Shown here in pieces: positions 1 to 10,281 of a stretch of DNA of 62,231 nt. Numbering within the stretch: position 1 is the first letter of the stretch; each line of letters begins with the position of its first letter. The stretch is taken from the NCBI GenBank assembly GCA_039208735.1, contig JBCCQY010000045.1, positions 1 through 62,231 on the forward strand. The letters run 5' to 3'. This stretch comes from Myxococcota bacterium. GTDB taxonomy: Bacteria; Myxococcota_A; UBA796; GCA-2862545. The notes beneath the pieces are model-generated. The model ran no database searches, was not told where the DNA came from, and saw only the letters and a list, made by a program, of their open reading frames with translations. The position numbers and the translations under genes were made by a program.

Positions 1-2
1 AG

Positions 3-1019
3 ACCGGGCTTGCCCTTATCGACCGAGAGGATCCGGTCCATGCCACAGCGGTGTGGGCGCTTCGCCTTCGGGTCGAGCAGGCGTTGAAGGGGCTGCCGGC
101 GACCGAGCCGCTGCCCGAAGCGTTGCGTACCGCACGGATTGAACTGCCTTCCATCGCGCGCTACCAGGTGGATCGGCTCATCTCGACGTTGCGCTTGTTC
201 AGCCCCAATCCCGACATTGCCAACGCATTTGACGGCTTTGCATGGGGGCGTGAATCGCGCCGCGCGGGCGCCAATGTGGCCTGGCCAAACGAGGAAGCGA
301 CCCGCACCCAGGCTATCTCCGCGATGATCGAGGATGAGGGGCCGAGATTTGCGGGCGACCTCGTCTTCTGGCTTCGTGCCGAACCCGCGGATCTGGCGTT
401 GTCCGGCACACGACGGCTCTTGGAACGGTTCGGTGGGCAGCCAAGCGTGCTCGGTGAGGTCGCGATCTCGGCCTGTCACTTTGACGACCCGGACCTCGGC
501 AACCGGGTGCTCGAGGCTGCGCGAAACGCTTCTCCGGAGGACTGCCTGACGGTGCTGGCTTCGGCGGGCGGCCACCTGCGGCGGCTGGGCCTGCTCACCG
601 AGGGACTGCATGCTTACCAACATGCCGCTCGTTCCACCGCCAGCGACCTCGATACGGCGGTGAAGCGAGTTCGCGCAGGTGCGGCATTCGGGCTCGACGT
701 GCCCGAGGAAACGATTTCGGAGGTCATTGCGGCAAGAGATCCTCTGGCGCTGGAACACGCCCGAGATCTTTCGTCTGCAGTGTCGTGGTTTGCGCCCACG
801 ATGGGACTGCGTTTCGGCAGTGACCTGCTTGCTTCGGTGTCGCAGATGAATGAAAGCTACAGCACCTTACACCACTATTCGCTGAAGACCCTGGTGTTCG
901 CCAGTGCCATCGTTCAGTCGTTTGCGACGGACCATTTGGCTTTGTCTCGGGTCGGGCGGGCCAGAGCTGCCGTAGACGATGCGCAGCTGCGACGGGGCCC
1001 TCGCGCCTGGCCAGCCTAA
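3..1019 (+). CDS. Hypothetical helical protein, 5'-truncated by the window edge
   Basis: Frame is open from position 3 to TAA at 1019; Ala/Leu/Arg-rich; no recognisable motif. Confidence 0.55.
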   Translation, partial: TGLALIDREDPVHATAVWALRLRVEQALKGLPATEPLPEALRTARIELPSIARYQVDRLISTLRLFSPNPDIANAFDGFAWGRESRRAGANVAWPNEEATRTQAISAMIEDEGPRFAGDLVFWLRAEPADLALSGTRRLLERFGGQPSVLGEVAISACHFDDPDLGNRVLEAARNASPEDCLTVLASAGGHLRRLGLLTEGLHAYQHAARSTASDLDTAVKRVRAGAAFGLDVPEETISEVIAARDPLALEHARDLSSAVSWFAPTMGLRFGSDLLASVSQMNESYSTLHHYSLKTLVFASAIVQSFATDHLALSRVGRARAAVDDAQLRRGPRAWPA

Positions 1020-1083
1020 TCCTCGACTGGGGGGCTTTGACGCCTCTCTGACGGCGGTGGGCTTTAGGAACGGTGGAGGTCCT

Positions 1084-4000
1084 ATGTTCCGTTCCTACGC
1101 GCTCGCCGCTACCTGGCTCGGCCTTTCGGTCGGGTGCTCTGGTGGCGACCCTGACGTCACCGTTACGGATGACCCCACCGAACCTCCCAAACCAACCGTT
1201 CCCCTCGCACCCCTCGAGGAGCGCGCGCTCGATGTCATCGACGTCTGGGAAGCGCTAGCGCAAGACCTCCGGGAGAGTCCAGACCATCGGATGGCCAGGG
1301 CTCGAGAGGCCATCGCGACGGGGAACCCCGAGACGATGTTCGACTTCGTACGGGATCGAGTCGGGCTCCTGCCGCTCACGGAAGACGATTGGAGTCCCAC
1401 CTTTCGCTCCGACCGCACGGCCTGGTTCGGGGCTCGAGGAGCCATTCGAGGCGGGTTGGGCACCCCTCGCGACCGGGCCGAGGCACTGGCGTGGATGCTC
1501 GACGAAGCCGGCTTTGAAACCCAAGTGCACTGGGCTTACCCCGCCGATGCCTGGGCCAAGGGCGATGCCCAGTGGACGCCGCGCGACCCCGGAGCCTTCG
1601 ACCCGCCCCAAGCGGACCTGACCGCCTGGAGCGCACCCTGGCAGGGCGATCTGAGTGCCCACGCCCAGGTCGTCGATGCCGATGGTCAGCGGGCCGCCGA
1701 GCTGGCAAGTGCACTGACGGGGCTCGTCGAACCGGGACCGCCCATTCCTCGAAGAGACGTGCGATTGATGCCCGTAGTGGAAGTGGTCATCGACGATCAG
1801 GAGGTGCTCCTCAACGTCAATGACTCGCTTGCGACGTTCGAGGACCCTCGGACCGAGGGCCATGCGGAGACCGGGGTCTTGCGCACGCCTGAAGTGACGA
1901 TGCGGATCTGGGCTCGACAGGCAGGCACGGGCGACGAAGTCACGTTGGTCGAAGGAGCTTGGCCGGTTCACGACCTCGTCGGGAGGCGGGTCGTGTTTCG
2001 TTCGAGGCCCGTGCTCGACCTTTCCGTTGCGCTTGGAACCCCGATTGGGGAGATTCCCTTGTTCTTGCCTTCGCTTTCGGTCGAGGGCCTCGATGAAGAC
2101 CTGGGTGCGCTCGGTGCGGTTGGAGCACCCTTCGCGCGCACCGCAGACCGCTTTGCTGCCGACCCGGCCACGGATGAGCCGCGGGTCAACGGGCGACCCA
2201 TCGACACCGAACCCGATGACGACGCTTTGGTGCAGTCGGTGGCAAGGTTGGAGGTCAACGCAGACCCGTTGCGGTTTCCCGAGGTGGCTCTGACGTTGCG
2301 ACCCTTCGACCGCAGTGGCGACCTGGTGCAAGGTCTCGGCGGCCGTTCCTTCACGGTGACCGACGAAGGACAGCCCGTGGGCGCCCTTTTGCGCAGCAAC
2401 GTGTACCGACCCCGCGTGATTGTGCAGATCGACGGCTCCTTCAGCATCCCAGATGAGTGGCGCGAAGAGGCGATTCTGCCCTTCGCAGAGGATCTCGCCG
2501 CTCAGGTGCTCGGGTTGTCAGGAGCCGAGATTGTCGCCCAGATGATCGGCCAGATTCCCGCAATCTACGATGACTTTACGTCGGACGTAGACACGTTTGT
2601 CGACCAGGTTGCCGACCAAGCCAGTTTTGCGAGTTCGGTGTGGACTTCGCTTGACCGCGCCGTGGCCAGGCGTCCGGATCTCGTCATCGTCATCAGCGAC
2701 TTTGCGGCCACCGATGAGCGGACGCCCGCCATTGAATACCGCCTGCGCAACGGGGATGCAGACTTCTTGGGCATTGGCGTAGGTCCAGTGGAGCAGGAGA
2801 CCCTTGAGGCCATCGTCGCGCTGACAGGTGGGGCCGCGGTGACGCCCGAAGACGCCGCCGACGCGATCGACGCCGCCCTGGGTCAGCTTGATCCCCTCGA
2901 AGACACCTACGAACTGACCTACACGGCGCCGCCGGGGCCCGGCGTCCACGAGGTGCAGGTCAACCTGGGGGAGGTGGGAGGCACCACGTCGTACGTCGTC
3001 CCATCTGAACCCGCCTTGGGGCGAGGATTTGCCGGACTCTACGCGACGATCGACCTCGAAGGTCGAGGCGGGGTGACGCGAACCCTTGCGGGACTGGCGC
3101 CCGAGACCGATGCCGCGATGGCCGACCGGGCGGTGATCGACCAGGTCGAAGGAGCGCTGCACGGTACCGTTTCGCTGGTCGTCGAAGGGGGCGGGCCCGG
3201 GTTGTCGACCGTTCTCGAAGAGGAGCTGCAACGCCGCGTCAACATCCGCAACCTCGTGGCGCAGATGCACGATGAAACGGTCTTCTACGAAACGCTCCGC
3301 ACAAGTGGTCTCACCCCATGGCCGCTCGAGCCCATGGCGCTCACCGCAGCGTTGGCCGACGACGGGCAAGATGGCTGGACGGTGCCCCTCGGTCCTCGGT
3401 TTGTGTTGCATACGCTGCGTCCGGGCTTCGCCCCGGGAGATGGCCTGCGGCGGGTCGATCTGTTGCCGCTTCAGCGGTGGATGACGGTGCATCCCAACCC
3501 CGATGTCGCCTGGTCGCGCACGTTCTCGCGCACCCTGCAGCTCGCGGTCCTGGAACAGGCCACCCACGAGGTGAGCACAATCACCGCCCTCGAGGGCGAG
3601 TCGCTGGTGGGGGTGCCCGCCGAGGCGTTGCCCAAACCCCTCGCCGACGACCCGCGGTGGCTTCACCTGGCCGAGGGTCTCGATGATCGCTGGACCCTCA
3701 TCGTGCCCGACGATGGCGAACCCGTCGCGGCATGGGGCGTTCATGAGCCCACCGGAACCGTCCTTGGGCTGTTGCAGGACGGCATCGGCGGTGGCGAGTC
3801 GATCGAAGAGCAGGTGGCCCGCAATCGCGCGATCATCGAGCAGATTGCGTCGTTGCACGGGCTTAGCGGCCTGGGAGGAGGCGTTTGGCTCGAGTTGGAG
3901 GTCGCGAAGTCCGAGATCGTGGCGTTTGCCACACTCGCCATCGCGAACCTGGGTCGGGCTGAAGGAGGGACCGGTGGGGTGCCCTCTCCCGACGAGGTCG

Positions 4001-4134
4001 TGGAGGGGCTGATCTGCTCGACGGCGGAAGGCGTGGTGACCGATGCCTTGCCGGCTTCGTTCGCCGAGGCGCTGGGCCGCTACAACGAATGGGGCGGAGC
4101 GCTCGGCTTGCCTCCGGCGAGTGTCTGCCCGTAG
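1084..4134 (+). CDS. Large lipoprotein with a transglutaminase-like region and a vWA domain
   Basis: GGAGG upstream of ATG 1084; lipobox LSVGC; GARGAIRGGLGTPRDRAEALAWML is transglutaminase-like but has no catalytic Cys; vWA MIDAS IDGSFS and LVIVISD. Confidence 0.7.
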   Translation: MFRSYALAATWLGLSVGCSGGDPDVTVTDDPTEPPKPTVPLAPLEERALDVIDVWEALAQDLRESPDHRMARAREAIATGNPETMFDFVRDRVGLLPLTEDDWSPTFRSDRTAWFGARGAIRGGLGTPRDRAEALAWMLDEAGFETQVHWAYPADAWAKGDAQWTPRDPGAFDPPQADLTAWSAPWQGDLSAHAQVVDADGQRAAELASALTGLVEPGPPIPRRDVRLMPVVEVVIDDQEVLLNVNDSLATFEDPRTEGHAETGVLRTPEVTMRIWARQAGTGDEVTLVEGAWPVHDLVGRRVVFRSRPVLDLSVALGTPIGEIPLFLPSLSVEGLDEDLGALGAVGAPFARTADRFAADPATDEPRVNGRPIDTEPDDDALVQSVARLEVNADPLRFPEVALTLRPFDRSGDLVQGLGGRSFTVTDEGQPVGALLRSNVYRPRVIVQIDGSFSIPDEWREEAILPFAEDLAAQVLGLSGAEIVAQMIGQIPAIYDDFTSDVDTFVDQVADQASFASSVWTSLDRAVARRPDLVIVISDFAATDERTPAIEYRLRNGDADFLGIGVGPVEQETLEAIVALTGGAAVTPEDAADAIDAALGQLDPLEDTYELTYTAPPGPGVHEVQVNLGEVGGTTSYVVPSEPALGRGFAGLYATIDLEGRGGVTRTLAGLAPETDAAMADRAVIDQVEGALHGTVSLVVEGGGPGLSTVLEEELQRRVNIRNLVAQMHDETVFYETLRTSGLTPWPLEPMALTAALADDGQDGWTVPLGPRFVLHTLRPGFAPGDGLRRVDLLPLQRWMTVHPNPDVAWSRTFSRTLQLAVLEQATHEVSTITALEGESLVGVPAEALPKPLADDPRWLHLAEGLDDRWTLIVPDDGEPVAAWGVHEPTGTVLGLLQDGIGGGESIEEQVARNRAIIEQIASLHGLSGLGGGVWLELEVAKSEIVAFATLAIANLGRAEGGTGGVPSPDEVVEGLICSTAEGVVTDALPASFAEALGRYNEWGGALGLPPASVCP

Positions 4135-4315
4135 CCAAGACGATCGCCACGGGCTCGTCCTCAGCGTGGAAGCGTCGTGGGTTTCCTGAACGCCTCCGTT
4201 GGTGGGACGGTCCTTCCAATTCAAGGGCGAACGCTCACTGTTGATGGTGGGCAACCGCTGCGCACCGACAGGTGAGCGGCCTCCCGATAGGCGTCCGTTC
4301 GTCAGGGAGGTCGCG

Positions 4316-6502
4316 ATGAATTGGATTGTGGTCATCTGCTCGGTGGCGTGGGCGCAACGAGCGCCATCGGATCCCTACGAGCATCCCCTTCAGGATCCGA
4401 CGGTCCAGGCCATGTACGCCAATGGGCAGCTGGACCCACAGTTTCCGCTGCGAAGCCTGCACGTCTATGACTCGATCGAGGTCACGGCGAGCGGACTCGA
4501 GATTCTGGTATCGACCGCGGAACTCCGCGACATCAGTGGCACGCCTGTGGTGGGGCCGCCCGAGCCAGCGACGACTACGATGATTCATCCGGATGTTCAA
4601 GCGTGGATGGCCGATCCGAGCGGAAGCCCACAGACCGTCGATGTGGCATTGTCGGTCTCGAGAGCATCGTGGGTGGAGATGCCGGTTCTCCACCTCCTCG
4701 AAGAGGAATTGCTCACCGGAACCATCGACGACGAAGGCGATGCCGACTCGTTCGTGCTGGGAGAACTTGCCGCTCGATTCAGTGCAGGCGAGACGGAATT
4801 GTCGACGCTTCGGGATCGCGTGATTGCGCTTGGAGGGCAGGTCCAGTCGACCGCGCCGTTGGCGGGCACCCTGATCGCTCGGGTGCCGCGCACCTCGCTT
4901 TCCAGCTTGTCGGTGACCCCTGGACTCGTGCACTTCGAACCTCACGAGCCGCCGACGGTCGACGACGATGGCCTGTGGACCTCGTTTACGAATCCAATGG
5001 ACGGCTTGCAGGCAGAGGACTCGCTGCAGAGCGTCATGTTCTACAGCAATGGGTGGCATGGGAACGGCGAAGAGACCATTGCCGTCGTCGAAACAAACGC
5101 CCATCAGATGCGGCGCCGCCATCCTGGGTACCGGTTTGGGCCACCCCCGTCGGCGTTTCGGGTCACGAACTGTGACGGCACCGGCAATTCATGCACGAAC
5201 AACACCAACTTCGACCCGGGTGAGCGGCATGCGATGGGCGTCATGTCGGTCGCGATTGGAGACCTGACGCTGGGCCAGGATCCCTCGATTTCCTGCGCGA
5301 CGAATCAATGTCGCGAGCGCAGCGGAATTGCGAGACGGAACCAGGGGCTTGGCATCTCGCCATCCGACTGGGACCACGTGCACCACGTGTTGACGGACCC
5401 CAGACGCGACATCCACGTTTCGAACCACTCCTACAGTTATGCTCGGCGCCTCGATCCGACCTGCCATGGTCTTGGGACCCAAGCCCAAAATGCCAATGCC
5501 CTGTTCGAGAATGGGGTTGCCTTCATCAAGTCCGCCGGGAACGGCGGTGTCAACGCAAACGACCCTGATGACTGCCGGGTGGGCGTGCCCGGGGCAGCGA
5601 TGGGCGTCTTTCCGGTGGCCGCCTACCGGGCCGATTCGAATGGGGACGGCGAGATCTTGCCGGGGAGCGCGCAGGGAGGGACTTCAGGAGAAGGGAACGG
5701 CCGCAAGATCATTGGCATGGCCGCCCCCACACGGTGGAAGTACCCTTACTCGGCCGACAGTACGAATTGCGACTACGGCACCAATTGGGCAACCCCCAGC
5801 AACGGCCTGTGTGACAAGTTCCTTTCGAGGACGAGCGCCGCCTCCCCCGTCATTGCGGGAGTGAGCGGGTTGTTCCGGGATTGGTTTACGGACCGTCTTC
5901 GTAGTCGGCTCATCGACCACCCCGGCATGTTGTACGCAAACCTCCTGTTGTTTGGGGATCGGTTTGATGGGACCTCGAACCATGACCAGTTCGACGATCG
6001 ATGGGGTGCGGGGAGGGTCCGCATGCGGCTTTGGTCGAAGCAAGGCGCCGATGCTCCCTCGAAGTACCAAACCGGCCACGTCTGCGTCGACAACGGACAG
6101 ACGATCTCGCTTTATCCGAATGGCTACACCACGTTGAGCTCCGACGTCGATCGGTTCCGTGCGGTGGCTTGGTGGTACGACCCAGGGCGTGACGAAGGGT
6201 CGAACCGAGGATTCGACAAGATCGACCTACGGCTCGATACCGGTGTTTTCGTCGTGGATCCAACCCCCACCGTCGAGTGGTCCGAAAACGCGTCCTGGTC
6301 AACGACCAACGACAATCGGCAGCGCGTGACCTATGCCTACCCCAGTGACGAAATCCTGCGGCTGCGGCTGATCGGTCGCGACGTCACGGACGACAAGACG
6401 GGCTGCGGCACGGACTCGATGCGGGTCTACTACGCCTTCTACTACGAAGACACCGACCGGGACGACGACACGGACCTCGCGAATTGGGTTCGGGTGGATT
6501 GA
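4316..6502 (+). CDS. Secreted S8 (subtilase-family) serine peptidase
   Basis: GGGAGG upstream of ATG 4316; signal peptide; IAVVET (Asp-site motif), RHAMGV (His), KSAGN (oxyanion Asn), RTSAASPVIAG (Ser). Confidence 0.8.
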   Translation: MNWIVVICSVAWAQRAPSDPYEHPLQDPTVQAMYANGQLDPQFPLRSLHVYDSIEVTASGLEILVSTAELRDISGTPVVGPPEPATTTMIHPDVQAWMADPSGSPQTVDVALSVSRASWVEMPVLHLLEEELLTGTIDDEGDADSFVLGELAARFSAGETELSTLRDRVIALGGQVQSTAPLAGTLIARVPRTSLSSLSVTPGLVHFEPHEPPTVDDDGLWTSFTNPMDGLQAEDSLQSVMFYSNGWHGNGEETIAVVETNAHQMRRRHPGYRFGPPPSAFRVTNCDGTGNSCTNNTNFDPGERHAMGVMSVAIGDLTLGQDPSISCATNQCRERSGIARRNQGLGISPSDWDHVHHVLTDPRRDIHVSNHSYSYARRLDPTCHGLGTQAQNANALFENGVAFIKSAGNGGVNANDPDDCRVGVPGAAMGVFPVAAYRADSNGDGEILPGSAQGGTSGEGNGRKIIGMAAPTRWKYPYSADSTNCDYGTNWATPSNGLCDKFLSRTSAASPVIAGVSGLFRDWFTDRLRSRLIDHPGMLYANLLLFGDRFDGTSNHDQFDDRWGAGRVRMRLWSKQGADAPSKYQTGHVCVDNGQTISLYPNGYTTLSSDVDRFRAVAWWYDPGRDEGSNRGFDKIDLRLDTGVFVVDPTPTVEWSENASWSTTNDNRQRVTYAYPSDEILRLRLIGRDVTDDKTGCGTDSMRVYYAFYYEDTDRDDDTDLANWVRVD

Positions 6503-6523
6503 CAGCACCGGAGAGGAAGTACG

Positions 6524-9205
6524 ATGTTCAAGAAATTCGTTTCCGTCACGTTACTGGCGTGGCTCGGGTCCTCGAGTGCGTGGGCCCAGCCCTATGGAGC
6601 CGAGACCTCGGCTCCAGCTTGCCGTGGAGGCTTTGCGACATTGGCGGGTGCCATTGCGGCGGCGGGCCCGGATGGGACGGTGTTCGTCTCGGGCTCTTTG
6701 CCGTTCATTGCCGAGCCCGTCACGGCGGCGGCAACCCGGAACGTCACCATCAACGGGGTGCGGAACGACGCTGACGCGGTGTCCTGTTCCAATACGGTAC
6801 CGAGTGTTCTTCCAGAAATTCGAATGGTGAGTCAGGGCATTCGGGCGTTGGAAGTTCAACCAGGGCCCAACGATACCGTGGTCACGATCAACCGGGTGAT
6901 CATCAGCCATACGGCCGATGGTCTGACGGTGGCGGGTGATGGGGGCACCATTCACCTCGGCGATAACTCCACGCTGATCCTCGACGAAGGAACCGCCATT
7001 CGGAATGGCCGAACGGATGGCAACGGGGGGTGCATTGCCGCGGTCCGTTCGTCGGTCTTCGCGCTTCCCGGAACGAGCATCGACCAATGCTACGCCCAAC
7101 ACGATGGTGGAGGCGTTTCGTTCTACCAGCGCAATACGCAGACCCAGAACGGCAGTGCCATTGCCTTCCTCGCAGATAATGTGGCCGGTGACAATGGCGG
7201 TGGGGTCTATGCGGACCGTCACAGTGTTCGCATCTTTGGAGCCGAGCAGAATACTGCGGAGACCGGAGGGGGCGGAGCCGCCTACTTTACGGCGACCAAC
7301 GTGTCGGGTGATGTGACCTTCGAGGTGTATCCGACGCCAACCTGCGACTTGCCCGGTGACACCTGTGTGCGCGGCAATCATGCGGGCGTTGATGGCGGGG
7401 CCATCGTCGTGTCCGGAGACGACGCGCGATTGTGGACGGCCGGCCGTTTCACGGAAAATGATGCAGATGACCATGGCGGCGCCATTCGGGCGACCAACCG
7501 GGCGGTCGTCCACCTCTGCCCTGGAACACGGCTGATCGAGAACCTGGCGGAAGGCGATGGAGGAGGCGTCCATGCCGATCTCCAGACCGACGTGAATGTG
7601 CTGCCGAGTTGTTCGCCGTCCCCGGTTTCTCGGGTGATTTATTCCGATGGGGCGAAGGTAGGGACGGTGACGTTGAACTTCGCCAGCCCCAACGTGCAGG
7701 GAGGTACCTTGTTCTCGGGGAATCGTGCGGGATGGGACCCGTCGCTCGGGGGGCCCATCCTGGTCGATGCAACGCGCCAAGGCGGCGGCGTGTTTCTCGA
7801 CCGTTCGCGCTTCGACATTGCTTACACCAATGGTCCCACGCTCCAATGGGTGCGGTTTGAAGACAACTTGGCCTCGCAAGACGGCGGGGGGCTCGCGGCC
7901 ACCAACCAATCCGAGACCTCGGTGGTCGTTGGGAACTTCGATCAAGGCCGACCCATCGAATTTCTGCGCAACGACGCACGAAACAACCTCGGTGGGGCGA
8001 TCTTTGCGACGGGCGCGGGAACAACCGTCGACCTCGATACCACGGACGCCGAAGTCGACATTCGAGACAATCTCGCCGTCGAGGGCGCGGCCATTGCCAT
8101 CGTGGATGGCGCGGACCTGCAACTGCAGTATACCGACATCGTAGATAACGTCGGGTCGTCGGGCACTGGAGGCCTCTTTGTCGATACCGGGGCGACCGCT
8201 ACGCTGGGGGACTGCCCTTCCGCTTCAGGCGATAGTCCGACGACCCCCTTCGAGTGCGCGTTGATGGAAGGCAATGTCGCGGGTAGCGCCGATGGGGCTG
8301 CGATCGATGTGGTGGACGGATTGCTTTCGGCCACTCGGGTTCGAGTGCACCGGAACCAGGCCCTAAGTGGTGGCGCGAGCATCAAGGTGCGTCATGCCAA
8401 TGGCCAGGTTCGGCTGGCCAATGTGGTCGCCGGGGATGCCTCGCTCGACGCGCTGCACGCGGCTGCCGGGTCGGTCGAATGCAACCATTGCACCTTGTAC
8501 CAAAGCGATGTCGCAGTTCACGTCGATGCGGGCGCAACCGCGACCGTGAACCGCTCGGTCTTGGCTGAAAACAGTTCCGATGTCGATGTGGCCTTCCTGA
8601 CGTTCATCGCGGGAAGCTGCAATACGACGCAGGCGCCGGTTCCTTCCTTGGTTTTTGGCACCATCGATGCGGGATACCTCGTCGATGACGACGGCTACCC
8701 CGAGGTGCTCACCAACGTGAACTACCAGTGCACCACCGGACTCGACGACGATGTGATGGGGCTCGCCCGACCCGACCCCACCTTGACGGGAATTGCGCCT
8801 CCGGTGGCCCCTGCGAACACCGTCGTTCAATACGAAAAGGGTGCCTACGAACTCTTTCATGCTTGTGGCGACGGTGTCTTCGACCCACACGAGGAGTGCG
8901 AAGACGGTAATGTCCAGAACTGGGATGGGTGCAACAGCCTCTGCGAAATCGAGCCGCCGTGCCCCTGTGAGCAAGACGTGCCGCCAGGGTGGACCGCCGG
9001 CTCTTGGGCAGGGTCAAACTTGGCACTGCTGACGTGTGAAGATGGCACATCTGCGCTTGGACCATCGGTGTCGGCCACCGACCTCGGCGTGACCATGCAC
9101 CTGGAGGCGAGCAGTAGTTGCGTGCCCGAGCGCTGGTGTCGTGTGGGCACGGGGCCTCACCGTGCGGTCGACCCGGTTGAAGAACAGGTCTGCCGAAGGC
9201 TGTAA
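6524..9205 (+). CDS. Secreted beta-helix / Pmp-like repeat protein with a Myxococcus Cys-rich repeat
   Basis: Signal peptide ending AWA; repeated GGA(I/V) and FxxN motifs; CGDGVFDPHEECEDGNVQNWDGCNSLCEIE. Confidence 0.8.
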   Translation: MFKKFVSVTLLAWLGSSSAWAQPYGAETSAPACRGGFATLAGAIAAAGPDGTVFVSGSLPFIAEPVTAAATRNVTINGVRNDADAVSCSNTVPSVLPEIRMVSQGIRALEVQPGPNDTVVTINRVIISHTADGLTVAGDGGTIHLGDNSTLILDEGTAIRNGRTDGNGGCIAAVRSSVFALPGTSIDQCYAQHDGGGVSFYQRNTQTQNGSAIAFLADNVAGDNGGGVYADRHSVRIFGAEQNTAETGGGGAAYFTATNVSGDVTFEVYPTPTCDLPGDTCVRGNHAGVDGGAIVVSGDDARLWTAGRFTENDADDHGGAIRATNRAVVHLCPGTRLIENLAEGDGGGVHADLQTDVNVLPSCSPSPVSRVIYSDGAKVGTVTLNFASPNVQGGTLFSGNRAGWDPSLGGPILVDATRQGGGVFLDRSRFDIAYTNGPTLQWVRFEDNLASQDGGGLAATNQSETSVVVGNFDQGRPIEFLRNDARNNLGGAIFATGAGTTVDLDTTDAEVDIRDNLAVEGAAIAIVDGADLQLQYTDIVDNVGSSGTGGLFVDTGATATLGDCPSASGDSPTTPFECALMEGNVAGSADGAAIDVVDGLLSATRVRVHRNQALSGGASIKVRHANGQVRLANVVAGDASLDALHAAAGSVECNHCTLYQSDVAVHVDAGATATVNRSVLAENSSDVDVAFLTFIAGSCNTTQAPVPSLVFGTIDAGYLVDDDGYPEVLTNVNYQCTTGLDDDVMGLARPDPTLTGIAPPVAPANTVVQYEKGAYELFHACGDGVFDPHEECEDGNVQNWDGCNSLCEIEPPCPCEQDVPPGWTAGSWAGSNLALLTCEDGTSALGPSVSATDLGVTMHLEASSSCVPERWCRVGTGPHRAVDPVEEQVCRRL

Positions 9206-9258
9206 GGGTCAGAGAAGCGGCGCGGTCGGGGGCACCGCCCACCGGAAGCGAGGACGAA

Positions 9259-9750
9259 TCAGTTCTGCCTCGACTTCCAGAACTCCACGAGACGGAGCAC
9301 GCTGTCCGGTCCGATCCGTCCCACGGCACCACTCGAGTAGCTGACGACCCCAACCGTTTGGGCTGGAAGCACCACCACATTGGTGGCGTGGAGAATCTGC
9401 CGACTCTCGCTGTAGTAGCCGCCGAGCGCCGTCGCGGTTGGCAGCATGGGCAGCGAGTGCCCCACCGGAAAACCAAAGGAGAGCCGTTCGACGGTTTCTT
9501 GTGCCTTCTCAGGGCCATCGACGCTCGCGGCGGCGATCTTCACGCCGAGCGCTTCGAGTGATTCGCGCTGCGCTTCGTAGGCGGCCAACTGCCGCCGACA
9601 GTGGCCTCACCAATGGCCGCGGTAGATGAGGAGCACGCCGTAGTGCCCTGCGAACCACTCGGGCACCTCGATCCGACCATGCGCCAACGTGTCGAAGCCC
9701 CACTTGGGAAGTGCATCACCTGTGTCGAGCGGGGTGCCTGCGCGTGCCAT
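9259..9750 (-). CDS. AhpC/TSA peroxiredoxin-like protein, probable selenoprotein (UGA at codon 48)
   Basis: AGGAGG upstream of ATG 9750; reads ...VLLIYRGHW-UGA-GHCRRQL and continues in frame into ORF 9259..9588 (...IAAASVD...); UGA sits at the first Cys of the CxxC motif. Confidence 0.85.
9583..9606 (-). promoter_or_regulatory. Putative SECIS-like hairpin immediately 3' of the UGA
   Basis: mRNA GGCCA-CUGUC-GGC-GGCAG-U-UGGCC forms a 10-bp stem with a bulged U and a G-led apical loop. Confidence 0.55.
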
Positions 9751-10281
9751 TCGACCTCCTTAGGAGGGCCATACCGTGACAACCAATAGGCTGGAATTCA
9801 GCCACTCCGAAGATGTGAGAGGGGCGTTCACTCGGCGTGTGGGGGAAGTGAGTGCCGATCGCATGTGCACCTCCATGGCCGCTTCAGGGTGCCGGGGCGA
9901 CCTTGCGCAACGACTTCAACCACCTGGCGATGTTTCGTGTGCGGGCTGCCATGCCAAAGGTGGCTTCTCAATTATAAAGCTCTAACCACAGATGCTGGGC
10001 TCATGGCGCCTTCTCGGCGTCGTCTCCAACACTTCCGAACACGACGAGATTCGCCGCTGCGTGGGTTGGAGATGACTCGGTCAAGCAGACTTGCGCATGA
10101 GGCACAATTAGTGGGTGTCTGTCTGAGGCAAAACTTATGTTTTTGGCAACCGAGCGGCTGGACTTTCATCCGAGATGTGGTAGGGTGCCGAAAGTCGCTC
10201 AGTGCCCAAGGTAAACCCACAGTTGTCCTCCGCTATCGCTGAGTAAGGCGAGCGGGCGGAGCATCACTTCGGAGGCCCAAC

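Noticed and set aside
4203..4219. Sigma-54-like TGGGAC-N5-TTCCA upstream of the S8 gene
   Set aside because: Lacks the invariant -12 GC
2518..4335. Long antisense ORFs (also 6551-8122, 11193-12581, 29543-31264, 39453-41258 and others)
   Set aside because: Shadow frames of real high-GC genes, with no motifs
9776..9985. Short ORF containing CAGCH
   Set aside because: No signal peptide, motif near the C-terminus, atypical codons; probably chance
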